A DNA stretch of 64,000 nt from a virus, in IMG/VR virus record IMGVR_UViG_3300045988_023906; one strand, given 5' to 3'. Position numbers and translations under genes: made by a program. Shown here piece by piece: positions 55,090 to 63,265 of the stretch. Each line of letters starts with the position of its first letter. The stretch's first letter is position 1. Under the pieces are notes generated by a model. That model worked only from the letters and a program-made list of their open reading frames with translations. It had not been told where the DNA came from and did not search any database.

Positions 55090-55835
55090 ATTTGCTTAAG
55101 TTTAGTGCGGTCTTCACAATCTTCACACCAACAATCATTACTCTCAAGAGTGTCTATAATCTGCCCAGTATTAGGGTTTATCCATGCTTGCACTTGAACA
55201 TTGGTACCACCACATTCACTGCAACAATACTTTGGTCTGTCCAAGACCTTTGGATAGTAGAGCAATGTTCCCATAGAGTTCTTATGAACATCTACATCAG
55301 GAAAATCTGCCTCAAACTTTCCTGAGTTAAAAGGCTTTACTATCAGGTGTTCCCCTTGAACTGTGGGAATAGTGGCATATAAATAGTCATCATTAACATT
55401 GAAATAGTGCTCTAACCACTCAACTATAGGCTTTTTCAAAGTTAAATCATCAATATCTATAATCCACTTGGACAATCTGGATTTGATTGTACCAGCAGCA
55501 CTATTAAGTACCTTTCTGGGATTCACAGCCGACATATTATTCAAACAAACATTATTAGCCAATGCAGCTAACATGTGTTTATTGACAGCCTCAAAGTCCT
55601 TCCCAGTCACGTTAATATATGCCCTTGCTCCATAATGTTCACAAAGGAGTATAATTTCTTCCCTCAAACTCTCAAGATGCTCCCTGCTTCTAATGAAGTA
55701 GGTTTTAATAGCACCTTCTTTGACCTTATCAGGCTTGTGGTCTTTAGCCCTTCGTACTATCTGACAATGAAAGAACATATTGTTTGCCTCATTGAAATAG
55801 AATAAAGGCTTGATTAATTCAAAATTGTCTATCAT
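55086..55835 (-). CDS. AEP (primase-polymerase)-like protein with a C-terminal zinc ribbon (tentative)
   Basis: KWIIDIDD is a DxD motif, TVQGEHLIVKPF a G-x-H motif and DVDVHKN an acidic third motif, with AEP-like spacing. The C-terminus has CCSECGG...CWCEDC. Confidence 0.3.
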   Translation of the reverse strand: MIDNFELIKPLFYFNEANNMFFHCQIVRRAKDHKPDKVKEGAIKTYFIRSREHLESLREEIILLCEHYGARAYINVTGKDFEAVNKHMLAALANNVCLNNMSAVNPRKVLNSAAGTIKSRLSKWIIDIDDLTLKKPIVEWLEHYFNVNDDYLYATIPTVQGEHLIVKPFNSGKFEADFPDVDVHKNSMGTLLYYPKVLDRPKYCCSECGGTNVQVQAWINPNTGQIIDTLESNDCWCEDCEDRTKLKQI

Positions 55836-55848
55836 ATTATTACTTTTA

Positions 55849-56397
55849 CTAGGAATTAACTTCCAATTTTAGTAATGCCTCATATAACTTTTGTATTTCT
55901 TCAAAAGTACAATTATTTTTAATTGTGTTTGCCCTATAACTAATAACCCAAATATTTCCTTTAGCATATCCTAGTGAGGGAATAATTTTATCTAAAGAAG
56001 GTGAATCATAGTTTCTTAAATTATCTCCTCTATCTCCCCTATTAGGTATTTTAAGATTAAGTTTAATACCTAAAACAGGGCACTCTGTAGGGATTACTAT
56101 ATCATCTTCACATATATTAAAAGGTAAATTAGATTTCTTAGCCCTTGCTTTAGCTGCTATAAACATTCTATGTTTATAAAAAGAAATAGGGTCTTCTAAA
56201 AATTTCTTCTTTACATAAGAATTTTGCATATTAGCAGCATATTCAGGGTCAAGCAGTCTTTTATTTATTTTCCATTGTTTATCATAACTTCTTCTATGAA
56301 GTTTTCTACAAACAGGACATCTCTTAGCATGTGTAGCTCTCCTACTTTCTACTATAAATTCTTTCCCACAATCAATACAAACATATTTTCTTTCCAT
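55849..56397 (-). CDS. His-Me finger (HNH-like) endonuclease with an N-terminal zinc ribbon, putative free-standing homing endonuclease
   Basis: CIDCG...CPVC at the N-terminus. CPVLGIKL...SPSLDKIIPSLGYAKGNIWVISYRANTIKNN matches the common phage HNH-like pattern CP-LG...SPSLDRI-P--GY--GN--vIS--AN--K. The segment is conspicuously AT-rich. Confidence 0.5.
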   Translation of the reverse strand: MERKYVCIDCGKEFIVESRRATHAKRCPVCRKLHRRSYDKQWKINKRLLDPEYAANMQNSYVKKKFLEDPISFYKHRMFIAAKARAKKSNLPFNICEDDIVIPTECPVLGIKLNLKIPNRGDRGDNLRNYDSPSLDKIIPSLGYAKGNIWVISYRANTIKNNCTFEEIQKLYEALLKLEVNS

Positions 56398-56419
56398 ACT
56401 ATACTAAATATATAATAAG

Positions 56420-56451
56420 CAAAGATAAATATAATAGGAAAGAGAATCAAG
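56420..56451 (-). promoter_or_regulatory. Bacteroides-type promoter (cTTG-N20-TAtcTTTG) for the HNH-like gene
   Basis: The minus strand reads CTTG (56451-56448), a 20-nt spacer, then TATCTTTG (56427-56420). The ATG is at 56397. Confidence 0.6.
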
Positions 56452-56470
56452 GAATATTGGTTAATAAAAG

Positions 56471-56812
56471 TTAATCAAGGACAATTTCAAAATCATCAAC
56501 ACACCAACCTTTAAGGTCATTGTATTGGTCATTATTGAACTCTCCCTTTACATATTTGTAGGCATCTTGTGGAAGTGTAATTTGCTCTTCTACTGCCCTT
56601 TTAAGGTCACATTTAGAGTAGTCTATATCCTCAAAATACTCACCATCCTCGTCCTTTCCAGAGTCAGTTATGCTATAATCGGATACTTTAATCTTAACAG
56701 TCTTACTAAGTGTGACACTTACTGTAACCTCAATTTCCCTTTCAGGATTATCAACCTGATTCCAGGGTGCATCTTTAGTATCTGCACCCATAGGATAATT
56801 ATAATTGTCCAT
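56471..56812 (-). CDS. Acidic hypothetical protein (113 aa) with the N-terminal YPMGADTKDAPWNQ motif
   Basis: The start codon overlaps the hicA-like stop (TAATG). It is D/E-rich. The motif is familiar from phage hypothetical proteins. Confidence 0.5.
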   Translation of the reverse strand: MDNYNYPMGADTKDAPWNQVDNPEREIEVTVSVTLSKTVKIKVSDYSITDSGKDEDGEYFEDIDYSKCDLKRAVEEQITLPQDAYKYVKGEFNNDQYNDLKGWCVDDFEIVLD

Positions 56813-57018
56813 TATTTTTTTTTTCTCCTTTTAATGTCTGTTATCAAGTTATTCTCTTTAATCAGTCTTCGAGCAATTACACATTCAAGATTCTTAGGCA
56901 TGCTGATATGCCTTCCCTTATCATTCACATAGATAGCATGGTCTCCATTATGTCTGCTATAATAGAAACCATTAAATTCCACTATCTTTATGAACTCTCT
57001 TGATGTATATTGTCTCAT
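56812..57018 (-). CDS. hicA: HicA-like mRNA interferase toxin (68 aa)
   Basis: TSREFIKIVEFNGFYYSRHNGDHAIYVNDKGRHISMPKNLECVIARRLIKENNL aligns by eye to the HicA pattern S-RE-I--LE--GF---R--GSH--Y----GR---VP......I-----L. Confidence 0.7.
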   Translation of the reverse strand: MRQYTSREFIKIVEFNGFYYSRHNGDHAIYVNDKGRHISMPKNLECVIARRLIKENNLITDIKRRKKK

Positions 57019-57019
57019 A

Positions 57020-57477
57020 CTACACTTTCAGAATGTCTTTATACTTCTCATAAGTCTTCCTTATGACCTCTTCCCCTATTGGATTAGGTCTCTTTGAGTC
57101 TCTCTCTATACAGTCTTGAAGAGGTATAAGAAGTCTTTGAACTCAAGGTCATACTTTGGTCTAACCACAGCAGGTACTATTCCTTTAGGATTGTTCCAAT
57201 CATCAAGCACTCTATTATAGTATTCTAATTCCTTGGGATTGAGATTCATATTGTCAATAACAATATCAAAACCATAGGACATAGAACTCCATAGGAAAGT
57301 ACTCTTCAAGTCCTTTACTAAGTCTTCTCTACTGGGAACCCAATACTTACCTAACATATTTCTGATGTCATCATTGTTGAATCTTACTCTATGTTCAGGG
57401 TCTTCAAGTGCCCATTGTTTAGCCCATGTAGTTTTACCACTACCTTGAATACCTCGGCATAAAATTATCTTTGGCAT
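57020..57477 (-). pseudogene. Pnk-like P-loop polynucleotide/nucleotide kinase interrupted by a -1 frameshift near 57127-57132
   Basis: P-loop CRGIQGSGKTTWAKQW. Frame 0 stops at 57106. The -1 frame continues LIPLQDCIERDSKRPNPIGEEVIRKTYEKYKDILKV, the canonical C-terminus of this kinase family, and ends at TAG 57022-57020, 1 nt before the hicA ATG. Confidence 0.65.
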
Positions 57478-57755
57478 TGTCTTTCCTCCATATATTCTTT
57501 ATGTTCTTTACAGTACTCACTACCTTCCACAACAGGCTTCCCACAAAAGTGGCACCTCTTTTTAGCATTAAATCCTAATTCAATACTTGACTCTACTGAA
57601 TCTTGAATTACTCCTCTAATAATACCAAAGGCAGTATTCAGTCTATCATTCTCAAGAGGCGTAAGTACTCCTTCCTCAAAGGGAAAGCCTACCATACCTT
57701 TTAACCTCCAAAGTATTCTATTCCTTTTCTGCCATCTCAGTTGCTTCTCTGTCAT
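57465..57755 (-). CDS. Hypothetical protein (96 aa) with a C-terminal Cys/His cluster
   Basis: CHFCGKPVVEGSEYCKEH is present. No family was recognised. Confidence 0.4.
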   Translation of the reverse strand: MTEKQLRWQKRNRILWRLKGMVGFPFEEGVLTPLENDRLNTAFGIIRGVIQDSVESSIELGFNAKKRCHFCGKPVVEGSEYCKEHKEYMEERQCQR

Positions 57756-57756
57756 A

Positions 57757-57939
57757 TTATTTACTCTTGCTGACCACAGAGTTCAAAACTAACAAAGCAT
57801 CTCTAAGGGTTTTCTTTTGAGCAGGGGTACAGTTACTTAATTCACCATACTCCTGTTCAAAAAGATATGACCTTAGATGGTTAGATAGTTTCAGAGTCTC
57901 TTTAGCCTTTGTTTTAACACTAACTTTAATCCCACTCAT
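57757..57939 (-). CDS. Hypothetical protein (60 aa)
   Basis: Tightly packed ORF. Confidence 0.35.
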   Translation of the reverse strand: MSGIKVSVKTKAKETLKLSNHLRSYLFEQEYGELSNCTPAQKKTLRDALLVLNSVVSKSK

Positions 57940-57962
57940 CTTTCTACCCTCCTATGATGGAC

Positions 57963-58106
57963 TTAGAAAGACTCAATGTACTCTGCATCAGGAAATGTAG
58001 CATAGACATCATCCCAAGCTGCATCTCTCTCATGCTCTACATCCTCATCATACCTATTATTATAGGTTTCTCTATGTCCATCTTTGAAATGAATTATAAA
58101 TGTCAT
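57963..58106 (-). CDS. 47-aa micro-ORF (MTFIIHFKDGHRETYNNRYDEDVEHERDAAWDDVYATFPDAEYIESF)
   Basis: Hand-translated. It has an ATGA overlap with the DUF3310 stop. Confidence 0.3.
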   Translation of the reverse strand: MTFIIHFKDGHRETYNNRYDEDVEHERDAAWDDVYATFPDAEYIESF

Positions 58107-58351
58107 ACTTCACCACCTAATTGCTTTATCCTGTCATTGATATACCATATAGCCTTCTTCAAATCCTCAATTTCCTTCTGATTATCTATAAGGCTTGCAT
58201 CCTGCTTATGTCCTGCCCTAAGTATATACTTAATAGCATTGCCTAAGCAAAAATCCATGTGTCTTGTTATATCAATCACCTCAATTCCACATTTATCTTT
58301 AAGCCATGTATAATGTGGAGGATGATTAACATTATCAACTTTCTGTTCCAT
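58103..58351 (-). CDS. DUF3310-family protein (82 aa)
   Basis: NHPPHY...GIEVIDI...FCLGNAIKYILRAGHK...DLKKAIWYIN matches the DUF3310 pattern. The start is moved to MEQKV so it does not overlap the polymerase. Confidence 0.65.
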   Translation of the reverse strand: MEQKVDNVNHPPHYTWLKDKCGIEVIDITRHMDFCLGNAIKYILRAGHKQDASLIDNQKEIEDLKKAIWYINDRIKQLGGEV

Positions 58352-58364
58352 ATTATTTTTCCTT

Positions 58365-60677
58365 TTAATGTACCCAGCAGGATGCCAGTTCGGGAACTGC
58401 CTTAATGGATACTTTTTTACAAAAGATATTAGCCGCATATTCCATACACTCACTTAACTTCTTAGCTTCCTGCTCTGCAATTTCCTCAGGTGGTTCTATC
58501 AGATACTCATCATGTACATCATTAGGAATGAGGACTTTGAATATAAGACCATCATTAACCAAATGATTAAAGTATCTAATACCTGCTATCTTAGTCATTG
58601 CAGCAGCAGTACCTTGAGAAGGATAGTTACATGACTGATTATCAGAAGCACTCTTTCTCTTCCATAAGTGTTTCATCACTGACACATATACAGTCTCCCT
58701 GTTAATATCAATGAATCTTTCCTCTACCTTACCTGCTTTTTTAACCTTATATGAATACCTAACAGCTATTTCTTCAATAGGAACACCTTGGGCAAACTTC
58801 TTTGCAATTTCTTGCATGACAGATGGTGGAATCTCAGATATTACTCTGCCACTATCTCTTGCAGCTTTGTATATATCCCAGAAATCTTCCATACCATTCT
58901 TTCTCCTTTCAATACCTTTCAGTATAGGATAGTCATAGATATATGCCCTTAGTCCAGTTATCTTTGAGATTAGGATATAGCCTCTATTCCACATATCTCT
59001 CTTCTGTACCTTGAAATAGCTTGCTATACCATTAAATCTCTTGAAATAGTTGTTATAAATCTCAGTTGCAAAGTCCACAGGAATATTACAATTAGTTGCC
59101 ATTGTAGGAGCTTGACCATTATAATTGAAACAGAACCTTGCCTTCTTAGCCAAATCTCTAAGGTCTTTTCTTACCTTCTTGACATCCTTCTCTGCAACCC
59201 CATCAAGGTCTTTAGGGAAACACATCTTGGCTACAAAGGAGTGTCCATCTCTTTGATTAGGGTCATTGTAGAATGCAATCCACTCCTTATCATTAGACAA
59301 CTCAGTGAACACATGACCCTCTTGGTCTCCATAATCACAATCTACTAACAAATGTCCCTTTTCAGGTACAAATGCTGCTCTTGTTTCTTCTGTAGCTGGA
59401 AGCTGCTGAACATTGACACTCTTATCATTTGTTTGTGTAGAAGTGTCCTTGTTTTCATCTTCCTCCTCTGCAATATCATCATCTTTAGTCTTACCTCCTT
59501 TACCTTTTCCTCCTGAGCCACAACTCAATCTACCAGTATCCATCATTTGATTGAATGTTGGGTGGATTCTTTGTGTAACAGGATTAATGGCATCAAGGAA
59601 GTTTTGACCAAAAGATGTTACTACCTTGAAGGCTGCTGAATATTCCAAGTATAAAGGAACAATACTACTCTTACTTGCCTGCAATTCTATAAACTTAGAC
59701 TCCACAGACTTTTTCATCTTGCCTGTTTTCTTGTCTTTAACCAATAGGTCAAATCCAAGTTCTTCAAGCAATCTGATTACCTGCTTGGAACTATTCCAGT
59801 TAATAATACATTGAGGTCCAGTATTAAACTCAGAGAATAATGAAGGTTGTGGTATTACCACATACACATTATCTGCAAGTTTGGCTGGCTTACCTTTCTT
59901 GTGAGTATCATAGTTTCTTGCAATGAGGGAAAGGTCATCCTTTTTCATTACATAATCTATTACCCAATCATTAAGTTTCTGCTCAGCAATCCTTAACCTC
60001 TCTGCATCTTTAGCCATCTTAGCCTTCCACTTAACAGGGTCAAGTTTAATGCCACAATATTCAATATATGCAAGGACTCTTACAAACTCATTCTCAATAT
60101 CAAGTGCCACTTTTTGACCTCTTGCATTGATAGTAATAAGCTGCAAGTTCATAATATCCTTAAGATGCACAACATCATTTGCTGCATAAACTATAACCTC
60201 TTCTGTCATACCTGCATGTATCTGTCCTCTGACAGTCTTGTCAAGATAGATATGTAAATACCTATCACAACAAGCCTGCAAGGACAAAGATACAATGCCA
60301 GGTGGAAATCCAAGAAATAGAATCTTCTCAGCTAAATAAGTATCATAGACATTTCTGACTACAATATGTTCCTTATACAGCCATCTTAAATCAAACTTTG
60401 CATTATGAATGATGAATAGTCTGTCACTTTCAAGATAATCCTTATACTGCTTGACATCAATAGTCATACAGTCTATTACAACTTGATTTTCCTTATTGCC
60501 AAGTTGAAGAGTAAGTAATCTACCCTGCCATATCTCCGTACCTGTAGTTTCAGTATCTAAACCTACTACTCGAAGAGGCTCTAATATTTTAAGAGACTCT
60601 TCTACAGAAATACATTTATACTTAGCATCAGGAGACTCAAATAGTTCTCTCTGACCAGTAACAAAATATATCATCAT
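58365..60677 (-). CDS. Family A DNA polymerase with a 3'-5' exonuclease domain
   Basis: Exo I VVGLDTETTG, Exo II IIHNAKFDLRWL, Exo III YAANDVVHL. Motif A LLVDCDYGDQEGHV, motif B RDLAKKARFCFNYNG, motif C DVHDEYLIE. Confidence 0.9.
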   Translation of the reverse strand: MMIYFVTGQRELFESPDAKYKCISVEESLKILEPLRVVGLDTETTGTEIWQGRLLTLQLGNKENQVVIDCMTIDVKQYKDYLESDRLFIIHNAKFDLRWLYKEHIVVRNVYDTYLAEKILFLGFPPGIVSLSLQACCDRYLHIYLDKTVRGQIHAGMTEEVIVYAANDVVHLKDIMNLQLITINARGQKVALDIENEFVRVLAYIEYCGIKLDPVKWKAKMAKDAERLRIAEQKLNDWVIDYVMKKDDLSLIARNYDTHKKGKPAKLADNVYVVIPQPSLFSEFNTGPQCIINWNSSKQVIRLLEELGFDLLVKDKKTGKMKKSVESKFIELQASKSSIVPLYLEYSAAFKVVTSFGQNFLDAINPVTQRIHPTFNQMMDTGRLSCGSGGKGKGGKTKDDDIAEEEDENKDTSTQTNDKSVNVQQLPATEETRAAFVPEKGHLLVDCDYGDQEGHVFTELSNDKEWIAFYNDPNQRDGHSFVAKMCFPKDLDGVAEKDVKKVRKDLRDLAKKARFCFNYNGQAPTMATNCNIPVDFATEIYNNYFKRFNGIASYFKVQKRDMWNRGYILISKITGLRAYIYDYPILKGIERRKNGMEDFWDIYKAARDSGRVISEIPPSVMQEIAKKFAQGVPIEEIAVRYSYKVKKAGKVEERFIDINRETVYVSVMKHLWKRKSASDNQSCNYPSQGTAAAMTKIAGIRYFNHLVNDGLIFKVLIPNDVHDEYLIEPPEEIAEQEAKKLSECMEYAANIFCKKVSIKAVPELASCWVH

Positions 60678-60952
60678 TCAAATGTTATAGTCCATCCATA
60701 ACCCTCAACAAAGTCTATAGATTTGACAACTGCTTTGGCTTCCTCAAGCTCCTGACCTTCTATAATTATTGGACCTTCTGATGGATTAATAAACTTATGT
60801 ATGTGGCATACACCTCCCACTTCACCAACTCTTAATGTAGGCACATCAGTCTTAAGTACATAAGTTTTTGATTCAGAACCATCAGGCTTAGGCATCTTCT
60901 TGAGATAGTTTACAGCTTTGTATCCAGACCTAAGTTTTATAATATCTTCCAT
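60674..60952 (-). CDS. Hypothetical protein (92 aa)
   Basis: ORF with ATGA-type overlaps on both sides. Confidence 0.4.
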   Translation of the reverse strand: MEDIIKLRSGYKAVNYLKKMPKPDGSESKTYVLKTDVPTLRVGEVGGVCHIHKFINPSEGPIIIEGQELEEAKAVVKSIDFVEGYGWTITFE

Positions 60953-61446
60953 TATTTCTTAGAATAGGCAATTAACTCTTTAAAATCTAGTACATATTGG
61001 TACTTATGAAAGAATTGACTTCCTAGTATTCCAGAAAGTGTCACTCCACTCTCTTCTTTTATATTACCAAAGGCATTACTCATATCTAGAACTTGAAAAT
61101 CCTCTTTATAGTTTTCCCCTTTATAGTCTAATTGTGCTCTTACATAAGACACTGGAACCTTATTACCTTCAACACCAAATACTGTACCAACATCTTTCAG
61201 TTTTTCACAAGTAAGGCTATCTAATATATTTGAGTCTACTATGGATATTGTAGCCCCAGTATCTAGTAGAAAATTAAACTTTTTGCCATTATTATAAAAT
61301 GTGATAACTGGCAAATCTACTAAATCCATTGCCTCTTTGAAAGACATATTTACCCTTTTACTTTGCTTACAGTAATCTTCTGCACCATTAATAATAACAG
61401 CTAAGATGATTACTGCAAGCAATATACCCACTATTTCTAATATCAT
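60952..61446 (-). CDS. Membrane-anchored retropepsin-like aspartic protease (164 aa)
   Basis: N-terminal TM segment ILEIVGILLAVIILAVII, catalytic FLLDTGATISIV (DTGA codons at 61252-61263) and a flap/C-terminal GILGSQFF motif. Confidence 0.65.
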   Translation of the reverse strand: MILEIVGILLAVIILAVIINGAEDYCKQSKRVNMSFKEAMDLVDLPVITFYNNGKKFNFLLDTGATISIVDSNILDSLTCEKLKDVGTVFGVEGNKVPVSYVRAQLDYKGENYKEDFQVLDMSNAFGNIKEESGVTLSGILGSQFFHKYQYVLDFKELIAYSKK

Positions 61447-61467
61447 GCTTCCTGCTTTTTTTCATTA

Positions 61468-62019
61468 TTACTTAATTCCTGTTGAGCCAAATCCTAATCT
61501 ATTTTCATTACCCAAATCATCTACTTCCACAAGTTCAATACCTGAACTTAGCAGCCATTTAATCTTCTGCCACATAGTAGCTTTCTGACTAAGCTGTATC
61601 CTAAATTGACAGATTCTGTCACCTGCTTCAATAGTGGTCTCTCTCATAGGAGAACATACATAGTGCCACTGGTCATCATTGCCATTATATGTGTTATCTA
61701 CTACACCTTGACCATTTGGGATGAATAATCCTAACTTTTTAGGACCACTACTCCTTGAATCAATAATAGCTTCAAATCCTTGTGGTAGTTGCATTGCAAC
61801 TCCAAGAGGAATATAATAGGTAGGAATTTCTACATCCCTATGACCTACCCTCTCTCCTCCAATGGTCTTCCTTTTGAGGACATCAGACTGTGGTGCAGGA
61901 ATAGTAATATCTACTGCTGATTTCAAATCAACCCAATCACCATTCTCATTAATCACAGGCATACAACCCTCAGTCAATACTTTTACTTTAATCTTTAGTC
62001 TCATCTTTCCAAAATTCAC
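61468..62019 (-). CDS. dut: dUTPase (trimeric type)
   Basis: Motifs DLKSA, DSRSSG, GVVDNTYNG and C-terminal RLGFGSTG. The true start may be the MRLKIKV ATG at 62004. Confidence 0.85.
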   Translation of the reverse strand: MNFGKMRLKIKVKVLTEGCMPVINENGDWVDLKSAVDITIPAPQSDVLKRKTIGGERVGHRDVEIPTYYIPLGVAMQLPQGFEAIIDSRSSGPKKLGLFIPNGQGVVDNTYNGNDDQWHYVCSPMRETTIEAGDRICQFRIQLSQKATMWQKIKWLLSSGIELVEVDDLGNENRLGFGSTGIK

Positions 62020-62521
62020 TTGTCATATCTATAGTATAATACCTCTCTTCTTTTTTCAAATCAGGATATTCATGTATTGCCTTGCATACCCAGTAGAACC
62101 TTTGATTTGTGCCCCTTCTTGTAAGTGGGCCATACTCTTCCATATATGGGCCAAGTTTGATATAGTCAAAGTTTTTCAGGTCAATTTCATCAGCCTGAAT
62201 ATCCCTGCCACTATACCATGCAACCTTTATATTGTTCCACTCTTTTAAGCCCATGCTACGTTTCTTCTTTACAAACTCTGCAAGCCTGTTTATGCTCTCA
62301 GGGTCTGAATCTCCACCCATAAATGCAATGCAGGTAATACCCTTATTGGCAAGTACCATCTCCTCTAAAGCATCTTCATCCAATATTTCCCCAATGTCCT
62401 CTGCCAAGTAAGGGCTATGGCAGTTTTTGCACCCATTTTTACATCCTGTAATATTTATACATAATGTAATTTCGTCAGGCACCTCTGCAAATGTTACTTG
62501 AGTATTCAAATATTTCAACAT
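61988..62521 (-). CDS. nrdG: Anaerobic ribonucleotide reductase activating protein (radical SAM)
   Basis: ITGCKNGCKNCHSPY supplies CX3CX2C. It lies next to nrdD. Confidence 0.8.
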   Translation of the reverse strand: MLKYLNTQVTFAEVPDEITLCINITGCKNGCKNCHSPYLAEDIGEILDEDALEEMVLANKGITCIAFMGGDSDPESINRLAEFVKKKRSMGLKEWNNIKVAWYSGRDIQADEIDLKNFDYIKLGPYMEEYGPLTRRGTNQRFYWVCKAIHEYPDLKKEERYYTIDMTSEFWKDETKD

Positions 62522-63203
62522 ATCTTTTAACTATATTAAGGTTATCTATAGGTAGGGGATATTTTTCCACTAAGGTATTAAGATATTCCATATCTCTATC
62601 CTTCTTATAAGCAACTGCCTCTTCCAAAGTTTTGAAATTTCTATTAACCTTAGCAAACTTCCTCCTCAATCTAACACAATATGTATTATGAGGAGTAAGA
62701 TAAATACCCTTACCTATAGTTGAAATAAAAGTGTTAATCTCTGGAGGTAAGAGAATACAAGTATTAGGAGAGTATATTTTGGGAATATTTAGTATAAGAG
62801 ATTTGCAATCTTTATCTATTTCGAGACTATGACTACTATCTCCATTTTCTTCATACCATCTCCTAAAATTTGAATATATCTTGAACTCTTCTGATACTAT
62901 TATCCCCTTAGCTCCATAAGTACTGTAAGCAGGACATTTAGGGTCATAACATCTCCTCTCCATATTCTTCCAAACATTATAAATATGCTTATCAGTAATA
63001 GACTCATCACAGATAAATCCATATTCATCTCTCTTATCTGGATTAGAGACATTACCATATTGGGCACTATCTAATCTAAAATATAGCCTTCTGGTGTATC
63101 CCTCAAAATGTCCTGTGTAATAGTACCTATTCCTTACTTTCTTTGTTGATTTACCTTCTATTACCAAGACATCACCACAACTTTGTAAAATTTTATCTTC
63201 CAT
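62475..63203 (-). CDS. HNH-type homing endonuclease with an AP2-like DNA-binding C-terminus, inserted between nrdD and nrdG
   Basis: IYNVWKNMERRCYDPKCPAYSTYGAKGIIVSEEF..FRRWYEENG...LEIDKD...YSPNTC matches the common phage HNH pattern. YCVRLRR...NFKTLEEAVAYKK is AP2-like. Confidence 0.6.
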   Translation of the reverse strand: MEDKILQSCGDVLVIEGKSTKKVRNRYYYTGHFEGYTRRLYFRLDSAQYGNVSNPDKRDEYGFICDESITDKHIYNVWKNMERRCYDPKCPAYSTYGAKGIIVSEEFKIYSNFRRWYEENGDSSHSLEIDKDCKSLILNIPKIYSPNTCILLPPEINTFISTIGKGIYLTPHNTYCVRLRRKFAKVNRNFKTLEEAVAYKKDRDMEYLNTLVEKYPLPIDNLNIVKRYVEIFEYSSNICRGA

Positions 63204-63220
63204 ACTAAATTATTTTGATG

Positions 63221-63251
63221 CAAAGGTACTAAAAATAATGCAAATAACAAA
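63221..63251 (-). promoter_or_regulatory. Bacteroides-type promoter (TTTG-N19-TAccTTTG) for the HNH gene
   Basis: The minus strand reads TTTG (63251-63248), a 19-nt spacer, then TACCTTTG (63228-63221). The ATG is at 63203. Confidence 0.6.
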
Positions 63252-63265
63252 ATCTTAAGGACAAA

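Noticed and set aside
56471-56812. Calling the acidic 113-aa ORF a canonical HicB antitoxin.
   Set aside because: No HicB-like N-terminal pattern or DNA-binding tail is recognisable. It is reported only as an unusual partner.
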